This document shows, in pieces, positions 57,853 to 64,000 of a stretch of 64,000 nucleotides of DNA. Within the stretch, counting starts at the first letter, position 1. Each line of letters opens with the position of its first letter. The DNA is taken from positions 10,086 to 74,085 of the forward strand of contig CAZUWX010000008.1 of assembly GCA_964624205.1 (NCBI GenBank), written 5' to 3'. The notes under the pieces were generated by a model, which saw only the letters and a program-made list of their open reading frames with translations, searched no databases and had not been told where the DNA came from. The stretch comes from an uncultured Chitinophagaceae bacterium. Its GTDB lineage: Bacteria > Bacteroidota > Bacteroidia > Chitinophagales > Chitinophagaceae. A program made the position numbers and the translations under genes.

Positions 57853-59427
57853 CTATTTTATGATGTTGAACAATCGTTTCCACCGGATACCGTTTTCCGT
57901 GCTCATCCAGATCATCCAGGCAGATCCCACGATATGGTCTTCCGGTACAAATCCCCAATAGCGGCTGTCCTGCGAACGATGCCGGTTATCGCCCATCATC
58001 CAATAATAATTCATTTTAAACGTGTAGCTGTCCGCTTCCTCACCATTCAGGAATATCCTGCCGTCGCGTTCCTCCCAACGATTGTTTTCATATACAAATA
58101 TCAACCGTTTATAAAGGGTAATGTTTTCCGGAGTGAGCGGGATAGTAGCGCCTTTTTTCGGTATCCAGAGCGGCCCGAAATTATCGATCGACCAGTTGAA
58201 CTGCTTGTCGAAGGGAAACACACCACCATAGTTATTAATGATCTCCCGGTGCACCGAGTCCACACCCGGTATTTTTCTTAAGATATCCGCCTCGCCGGCA
58301 GTGAGATTGATATGGTATGCATTGCCCCCTCCGATACTAAAGTCGGGAGACTGATCGTCCCGGTTCAGTTGAATACCCGCATCCCGGAGCTCATCCTCAC
58401 TCAGGATCCGCCTTGTTGTAACATAGTAGTCCGTTGCAGAATACGGTGGCACAAAAGCCGGCTCATGGTTGATGAACAGGATGCCGCCCCTGATCTCAAG
58501 ACTATCGCCGGGTATGGCTACACAACGTTTGATATAGTTCTCCCTTTTGTCTACCGGCCTGGTGGTCACCGTGTACTGGTTCCAGACATTCTGCCGCGCA
58601 ATACGCCGGCTCTCCGACCTTAGCTGTGTTTCGTTCTGGATGGTGGCGCGCAGACTATTATAGACCTGGTTTTCTTCTCTTCTTAAAATATCATAGTAAG
58701 GATCCTGGGAATCCATTTCCCTGGTAAGGGTATCACCCGCAGGAAAATTGAATACTACCACATCGTTCCGTTTCACCGGTTTCTCGAACCATCGTGTATA
58801 GGGTATCGTGATAGCCTCGGAATAAGATTTCGTATTGAACACAGGAACCGTATGATGCACAAAAGGAACGGCAAAAGGCGTATTGGGAATCCTCGGACCA
58901 TAGGTGAGTTTGCTCACAAACAGGTAGTCGTTCACCAGCAAGGTTTTCTCCATGGAGCCGGTGGGGATCACATACGCCTCAAAGATAAAAGTGCGTATAA
59001 GCGTAGCAGCAACAATGGCAAAGACTGCAGCATCTATCCATTCCCGCGTGGCCGATTTTTTATGTTTTTTAACAGCAACGGGGCCGATGTATTTTTCTTT
59101 GTCGTTCGAGGCCAGATAAGGCAGGTAGAGAAAGGGCACAAAAACCACCAGTATGTGCTGAAGCAGGCTGAACTTTCCGAACAGCTTCACAAATTCGATC
59201 AGCAACCAGAGGGAAATGAACCAGCCCGCAATGGGGATAAACTGCCAGAAGAACCAATGTTTCCGCAACTCCGCCAGCTTCACTATCTCCCAGGTGTTCA
59301 GGAATGGCACCCAGGCTTTCCAGGAAGCCACCCCGGCTTTCCGGAACAGCTTCGACAGACCGGGTGCGGGAAGTATTAGTATAATAAGAGAGATCAGTAC
59401 AAGAACGAAAATATCGTGGGCACTCAT
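57853..59427 (-). CDS. lepB: signal peptidase I (long Bacteroidota form)
   Basis: IPTGSMEKTLLVNDYLFVSK (Ser box), YIKRCVAIPGD (Lys box), MMGDNRHRSQDSRYWGFVPE. Confidence 0.9.
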   Translation of the reverse strand: MSAHDIFVLVLISLIILILPAPGLSKLFRKAGVASWKAWVPFLNTWEIVKLAELRKHWFFWQFIPIAGWFISLWLLIEFVKLFGKFSLLQHILVVFVPFLYLPYLASNDKEKYIGPVAVKKHKKSATREWIDAAVFAIVAATLIRTFIFEAYVIPTGSMEKTLLVNDYLFVSKLTYGPRIPNTPFAVPFVHHTVPVFNTKSYSEAITIPYTRWFEKPVKRNDVVVFNFPAGDTLTREMDSQDPYYDILRREENQVYNSLRATIQNETQLRSESRRIARQNVWNQYTVTTRPVDKRENYIKRCVAIPGDSLEIRGGILFINHEPAFVPPYSATDYYVTTRRILSEDELRDAGIQLNRDDQSPDFSIGGGNAYHINLTAGEADILRKIPGVDSVHREIINNYGGVFPFDKQFNWSIDNFGPLWIPKKGATIPLTPENITLYKRLIFVYENNRWEERDGRIFLNGEEADSYTFKMNYYWMMGDNRHRSQDSRYWGFVPEDHIVGSAWMIWMSTENGIRWKRLFNIIK

Positions 59428-59499
59428 TCCAGGGTTTTTAAATTTCGGGCCAAAATTAGTATAATCATTTACTAAAGAACAGAAAATAAGGATAAACCG

Positions 59500-60663
59500 C
59501 TATTTGCGGGGAAGCACATAGGTATTGACGTCTTCCGCTGTGATGGCTTTGCCGGAAAGAATCACCAGCCGCTCCACCACATTCCGCAGCTCGCGTATAT
59601 TGCCGGTCCAGTTATGCCCTTCCAATTCGGTCATCGCTTCGGGATTGATGTTTTTCCGGGCCATCCCATAGTCGGCGCACACATCCGTTAGAAATCGCTC
59701 AACAAGGAGCGGAATATCATCGCGCCGCTCATTGAGAGAGGGCACATGAATAATGATCACACTTAAACGGTGGTATAGGTCGAGGCGGAATTTTTTCTCC
59801 TCCACTTCCCTGAGCAGGTCTTTGTTCGTGGCTGCTATCACACGCACATCCACGGTTATGTCCTTATCTCCACCCACCCGCGTGATCCGCCCTTCCTGGA
59901 GGGCGCGTAATACTTTTGCCTGGGCGTTCAGGCTCATATCGCCTATTTCGTCCAGGAATAAAGTACCTGAACTGGCCTGTTCAAACTTGCCGATGCGCTG
60001 TTTTACCGCCGAGGTGAATGAGCCCTTCTCGTGCCCGAACAACTCACTTTCGATCAGTTCACCCGGGATGGCAGCACAATTTACTTCCACCAGCGGCCCC
60101 CCCGCCCTGCTGCTCTTTTCATGCACCCACCGGGCCACCAGTTCCTTGCCCACCCCGTTTTCGCCGGTGATCAGGAGCCTGGCATCGGTCGGAGCCACTT
60201 TGTCAATCGTTTCCCGGATCTTCAGGATGGGCTCGGACTCCCCGATCATTTCCTGCACCTTGCTCACTTTCCGCTTCAGCACACGCGCCTCCGCCACCAG
60301 ATTGGTCTTATCCATCGCATTGCGGATAGTGATGAGTAGCCTGTTCAGGTCAGGCGGCTTGGCGATATAGTCGTATGCCCCCTTTTTCACCGCTTCCACG
60401 GCCGTCTCGATAGTGCCGTGCCCGGAGATCATGATCACCGGCACATCGGGGTTCAGCTCTTTTACTTTGTCTAAAAATTCAATTCCATCCAGCTTGGGCA
60501 TCTTGATATCACAGAGTACTACGTCGAAAGTCTTCTCCCGGAATTTCCTGAGACCCTCTTCACCATCACCGGCCTCTTCGATTTTATACCCCTCGTACGA
60601 CAGAATTTCGGAAAGCGTTTTCCTTATCGCCTTCTCGTCATCAATAATCAGAATATTTGACAT
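59500..60663 (-). CDS. sigma-54-dependent response regulator (receiver plus AAA+ domain; no C-terminal HTH visible)
   Basis: Receiver ILIIDDE...DVVLCDIKMP...ISGHG...DYIAKP. AAA+ part LITGENGVGKELVARWVH, GAFTSA-like GSFTSA (GAFTGA-type loop) and LFLDEIGDM. The protein ends at ..RELRNVVERLVILSGKAITAEDVNTYVLPRK, right after the AAA+ lid. Confidence 0.92.
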   Translation of the reverse strand: MSNILIIDDEKAIRKTLSEILSYEGYKIEEAGDGEEGLRKFREKTFDVVLCDIKMPKLDGIEFLDKVKELNPDVPVIMISGHGTIETAVEAVKKGAYDYIAKPPDLNRLLITIRNAMDKTNLVAEARVLKRKVSKVQEMIGESEPILKIRETIDKVAPTDARLLITGENGVGKELVARWVHEKSSRAGGPLVEVNCAAIPGELIESELFGHEKGSFTSAVKQRIGKFEQASSGTLFLDEIGDMSLNAQAKVLRALQEGRITRVGGDKDITVDVRVIAATNKDLLREVEEKKFRLDLYHRLSVIIIHVPSLNERRDDIPLLVERFLTDVCADYGMARKNINPEAMTELEGHNWTGNIRELRNVVERLVILSGKAITAEDVNTYVLPRK

Positions 60664-60963
60664 CTCCGGGAAAAAACTTTAAAAATTCGTAAAAGAAGGC
60701 AGAACGGACCCGCCATCTTTCAAAAATAACAATTTACAGCTTTTCGCCTGCCGAGGAGAAACAAATGCGGCAGTATTATGACAAAATTATGATTGGCAAG
60801 CAGTTATCAGAGACCAAAACCCGGTTTTCCTGTAAACACAGAACTATTGTTGCGGAAAATACTGTTTCCCCACGTCTATTTCCCAGTCAAATTACTTTGC
60901 CCGATTCCCTGGTTAGCTGTAATTTCGCTTTATTAATTATCCAATATTTTAACCAAATAGATC

Positions 60964-61113
60964 ATGAAAAACGAAGTCCATCTACACAATCTACACAAAG
61001 GCGTTCCCACTTATAGTACGGTAATGAAGTTGGCGCTGGTGAGCGGAGTACTGTTAACCTGTATGTTTGGGATTCTGTTCGTATTTGCCAGTGCTTTCAA
61101 AGTTCTGGGGTAA
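60964..61113 (+). CDS. candidate 49-aa single-pass membrane peptide (below the ORF-track size cut-off)
   Basis: ATG at 60964. MKNEVHLHNLHKGVPTYSTVMKLALVSGVLLTCMFGILFVFASAFKVLG*. One clean TM helix, followed within 10 nt by a strong terminator. No homology evidence. Confidence 0.35.
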   Translation: MKNEVHLHNLHKGVPTYSTVMKLALVSGVLLTCMFGILFVFASAFKVLG

Positions 61114-61122
61114 GAACTTTTA

Positions 61123-61157
61123 AGAGGCTACCTCAACGGGGGTGGCCTCTTTTTTTA
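61123..61157 (+). terminator. rho-independent terminator
   Basis: AGAGGCTACC-tcaacggg-GGTGGCCTCT followed by TTTTTTT. Confidence 0.7.
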
Positions 61158-61324
61158 GATTTGTCGATCCCTTCGGGACTATCGATATAATTGTAAGCGG
61201 CTGGCTGCTAATTACCTCTTTCCCTAGATTGCGTTCCTGCAAATCCAGGCGGTTTTCTCCCGTCTTTCCACGGCAGTGTTTTTCCATTCCGGTCACATGA
61301 GCAGGATGAATAACTCGAACCGGG

Positions 61325-62311
61325 TTATTTGTTCAGGTACATTACGTCTTTCACCAATTTTATGGTCCGGGCAACATCCGGAAGTGCCGCAGCAACCAGG
61401 TTGGGTGCATAATGCAGGGGAGCATCGGCGGCGGTGATACGCAATACAGGAGCGTCCAGGTAATCGAAGCCTTCTTTCTGAATGCGGTAAGCAAGTTCCG
61501 AGGAGATGCTGCACATCGGCCATTGTTCTTCCACGATCACCATGCGGTTGGTTTTCTTAACACTTTCCAGGACGGTCTTCCAATCGAGCGGTCGCACCGT
61601 GCGGAGATCTACCACCTCGGCGCTGATCGATTCCTTTTCGAGTTCGGCGGCCGCGCCGAGCGCTACCTTCATCATTTTATTGTAAGAAACGATCGTCACG
61701 TCGCTACCCTCTCGCTTAATATCGGCCTTGCCGATAGGAATGAGGTATTCTTCTTCCGGCACCTCCGCCTTTTCGCCATACATCACTTCGCTCTCCATAA
61801 ACATCACCGGATCGTTATCCCGGATAGCGGCTTTCAACAACCCTTTGGCGTCGTATGGATTGGAGGGGGAGATCACTTTGATGCCCGGGATATTTGCCAG
61901 GAAACTTTCAAAAGCGGTGGAATGTTGTGCACCCAACTGACCGGCGGAACCATTTGGGCCGCGGAACACGATGGGGCAGCCTAACTGACCGCCGCTCATG
62001 GCAAGCATTTTCGAGGCGGTATTCAATATCTGGTCCATGGCAAGCACGGCAAAATTCCAGGTCATATATTCCACGATAGGGCGCAGGCCGTTCTGGGCCG
62101 CGCCCACGGCCACCGCCGTAAAACCCAATTCCGAGATCGGAGTATCGATCACCCGTTTAGGGCCAAATTCGTCCAGCATGCCCTGGCTCACTTTGTAAGC
62201 GCCATTGTATTCCGCTACTTCTTCTCCCATCAGAAAAACGGTCTCATCCCTGCGCATCTCTTCGTTCATTGCTTCTCTGAGTGCTTCCCTGAATGCTATT
62301 GATCTGGCCAT
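61325..62311 (-). CDS. pdhB: pyruvate/2-oxoacid dehydrogenase E1 component, beta subunit
   Basis: FREALREAMNEEMRRDETVFLMGEEVAEYNGAYKVSQGMLDEFGPKRVIDTPISE.GF.G..VGAA..GLRPI.E is the typical E1-beta pattern. No E1-alpha gene is adjacent in the window. Confidence 0.9.
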   Translation of the reverse strand: MARSIAFREALREAMNEEMRRDETVFLMGEEVAEYNGAYKVSQGMLDEFGPKRVIDTPISELGFTAVAVGAAQNGLRPIVEYMTWNFAVLAMDQILNTASKMLAMSGGQLGCPIVFRGPNGSAGQLGAQHSTAFESFLANIPGIKVISPSNPYDAKGLLKAAIRDNDPVMFMESEVMYGEKAEVPEEEYLIPIGKADIKREGSDVTIVSYNKMMKVALGAAAELEKESISAEVVDLRTVRPLDWKTVLESVKKTNRMVIVEEQWPMCSISSELAYRIQKEGFDYLDAPVLRITAADAPLHYAPNLVAAALPDVARTIKLVKDVMYLNK

Positions 62312-62417
62312 GCTTATTCTTTATTTTGATGCGGCACAAAATTATCGAAAAATACCCCGCTGAATCAAAAATTTTTGCCCGGCTGAACAGTGGGCCAGAA
62401 GCGTTGTCTGGCAGTGC

Positions 62418-63593
62418 TTACATCCTTTCTATGACTATTGCGGAAGCGCCTCCGCCCCCGTTGCAGATGCCTGCCAGTCCATAGCGCCCCTTCAATTGCC
62501 GCAGGATCGAACAGAGGGTAACGGTGATCCTCGCCCCACTACAACCGATAGGGTGCCCCAGGGATACCGCGCCTCCCCATACATTGACTTTGTCGGGCGA
62601 AAACTTCATTTCCCTGGCGTTGACAATGGGGACGCAGCTAAAAGCTTCATTGATTTCCACGTAGTCGATCTCGTCGGCACCCAATCCGGCAAGTTCCAGC
62701 GCGCGGGTCATAGCGAGTATCGGCGTGGTGGTGAACCATTCAGGTGGCTGGCTGGCATCGGCGAATGCGACAATCCTTGCCACCGGTGTGAGACCCAGCG
62801 ATTGCATCATTTTTTCATCCACCAGTACCACCGCCGCGGCGCCGTCGTTGATCTTAGAAGCATTGGCGGCCGTGATAGTGCCGTCTTTTGCGAATGCAGG
62901 CCGGAGCGATGGCATTTTCCCGAAATTGGCTTTCCGGAACTCCTCGTCCTCTGCTACGGTCACCGGGTTACGGCCCTCGGTTTGAACCGGAACAAGTTCG
63001 GGCTGGAAAAAGTCCTGTTCATAGGCTTTTGCCGTCCGGGTATAGCTTTCCTGCGCATATTGATCCTGCTCCTCGCGGCTGATCCCATATTTTGTATTGC
63101 ATAGTTCCCCCGCCTGGCCCATATGATAGTCGTGGTACGGATCCCAGAGCCCATCCCTGATAATCCCGTCGACCACCTGTGCATGACCCAGGCGCAGTCC
63201 GGTACGGGCCTGCGGCAGATAATACGGTATATTGCTCATGCTTTCCATTCCGCCGGCCACCACCACCCGGTTATCGCCTGAGCGGATACTGGCGGCGCCC
63301 AGCATGATGGCTTTCATGCCGCTGGCGCAGACCTTGTTGACAGTGGTACAGGGTATGGAAGTAGGCAGTCCCGCGTAGATGCTGGCCTGCTGGGCAGGAG
63401 CCTGCCCCACGCCGGCGCTGACCACATTGCCCATTAGTACCTCATCCACCGAGCCGGGGGGGATCCCGCTTCTCTCCAGGGCGGCCCGGATGGCCACAGC
63501 ACCCAGCTTCGGGGCAGAAAGAGAGCCCAAAGCTCCGTTAAGACTTCCAATGGGGGTACGGGCGATAGCCGCTATATATACCTGATTGTTCAT
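62418..63593 (-). CDS. acetyl-CoA C-acetyltransferase (thiolase II)
   Basis: Track ORF to 63620. The likely start is the ATG at 63593 (MNNQVYIAAIARTPIGS). The active-site context is VNKVCASGMKA and the C-terminus is NVWGGAVSLGHPIGCSGARI...GLAGICNGGGGASA. Confidence 0.93.
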   Translation of the reverse strand: MNNQVYIAAIARTPIGSLNGALGSLSAPKLGAVAIRAALERSGIPPGSVDEVLMGNVVSAGVGQAPAQQASIYAGLPTSIPCTTVNKVCASGMKAIMLGAASIRSGDNRVVVAGGMESMSNIPYYLPQARTGLRLGHAQVVDGIIRDGLWDPYHDYHMGQAGELCNTKYGISREEQDQYAQESYTRTAKAYEQDFFQPELVPVQTEGRNPVTVAEDEEFRKANFGKMPSLRPAFAKDGTITAANASKINDGAAAVVLVDEKMMQSLGLTPVARIVAFADASQPPEWFTTTPILAMTRALELAGLGADEIDYVEINEAFSCVPIVNAREMKFSPDKVNVWGGAVSLGHPIGCSGARITVTLCSILRQLKGRYGLAGICNGGGGASAIVIERM

Positions 63594-63712
63594 GCCGCGA
63601 ATATCAAACAAAATTCGCACCTGACACAGAGCCGGGAATTGGGTAAACCCACGAAACTGTTCCGGTTTGCCTCCCGGGACAACGGAAAATGCCGGGGAAC
63701 CGTCGCCGCAAA

Positions 63713-63970
63713 TCAGTTCAGAAGCGCCCGTTCATGGAATTTTTCCCTTGAAAGCACAAAAACATTGGATACAGTGCAGAAGAATGAGTTTCGGATCAGG
63801 TTATCAAACTGATCCTGGTAGTGCAGTTCTGCGTCTTCGCTGATCCGGAAGGAGGTCTTCCAGTTGCGGATCTTCTTATACGCTTTCCTGCTGCTGTGCC
63901 GGATGCGGCTGTCGCTGATGAAGAACTCGCCGGTGATCGCTTTACGTCGGTCGGGGAATAATAGGGCCAT
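63713..63970 (-). CDS. hypothetical protein (85 aa)
   Basis: This is the only ORF in this interval. I do not recognise a motif and it is near the window edge. Coding status is uncertain. Confidence 0.3.
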   Translation of the reverse strand: MALLFPDRRKAITGEFFISDSRIRHSSRKAYKKIRNWKTSFRISEDAELHYQDQFDNLIRNSFFCTVSNVFVLSREKFHERALLN

Positions 63971-64000
63971 AGGTAGTAGGGATTGGAGCGGTTTAATTCA

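Noticed and set aside
60794-60809. The TGGCA-containing string ttggcaagcagttatc upstream of the sigma-54 regulator region, considered as a possible -24/-12 promoter.
   Set aside because: The -12 position reads TATC rather than TTGC/GC at the required spacing. No other GG-N10-GC match was evident in 60664-60963.
60765-61016. 83-aa track ORF in the spacer upstream of the small membrane-peptide ORF.
   Set aside because: I recognise no motif, and it overlaps the start of the better-supported 49-codon ORF in another frame. It has no signal or terminator logic of its own and lies in an AT-rich promoter-like region.

Overview
This window reads as a mostly housekeeping stretch of a Bacteroidota chromosome. 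The supporting signs are a SusC-type TonB receptor, a T9SS C-terminal sorting domain, DUF4199/DUF2851/DUF3347 families and TAnnTTTG-type -7 boxes. It looks Chitinophagaceae-like, but I cannot verify that here. I can support about 56 protein genes, 2 tRNAs (Arg-TCT, His-GTG), several hairpin terminators, one clear 68-bp tandem repeat and one decayed gene. Recognisable core genes are pcm, infC, thrS, an ABC-F ATPase, cmoA, lepA, lipA, maf, kdsC, a Ctp/S41 protease, topA, cdd, lepB, PDH E1-beta and a thiolase. There is no rRNA, no CRISPR array, and no integrase, transposase or intact mobile element. I found no intact defence system; the only defence-related trace is a frameshifted RloB-like remnant just downstream of tRNA-Arg. 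The observations most worth a second look are these. (1) cmoA (carboxy-SAM synthase) is translationally coupled by an ATGA overlap to an ICMT/PEMT-like membrane methyltransferase, with no cmoB in view. (2) A tightly overlapping envelope-glycan operon carries a complete GDP-D-glycero-alpha-D-manno-heptose pathway (hddA, gmhA, hddC, gmhB) behind two glycosyltransferases. (3) That operon is headed by a dihydroorotase-like protein whose metal and catalytic motifs are all substituted. (4) A DUF3347 protein is coupled to a TonB receptor by an ATGA overlap. (5) A T9SS cargo/AraC/TPR-LytS/LytTR block with an AT-rich control region lies next to tRNA-His. (6) Gene 3' ends are duplicated into the downstream spacers at two loci. 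The many long antisense ORFs in the supplied track are explained by codon usage and are rejected. All family assignments come from reading the translations and recalling family motifs; no database search was run.
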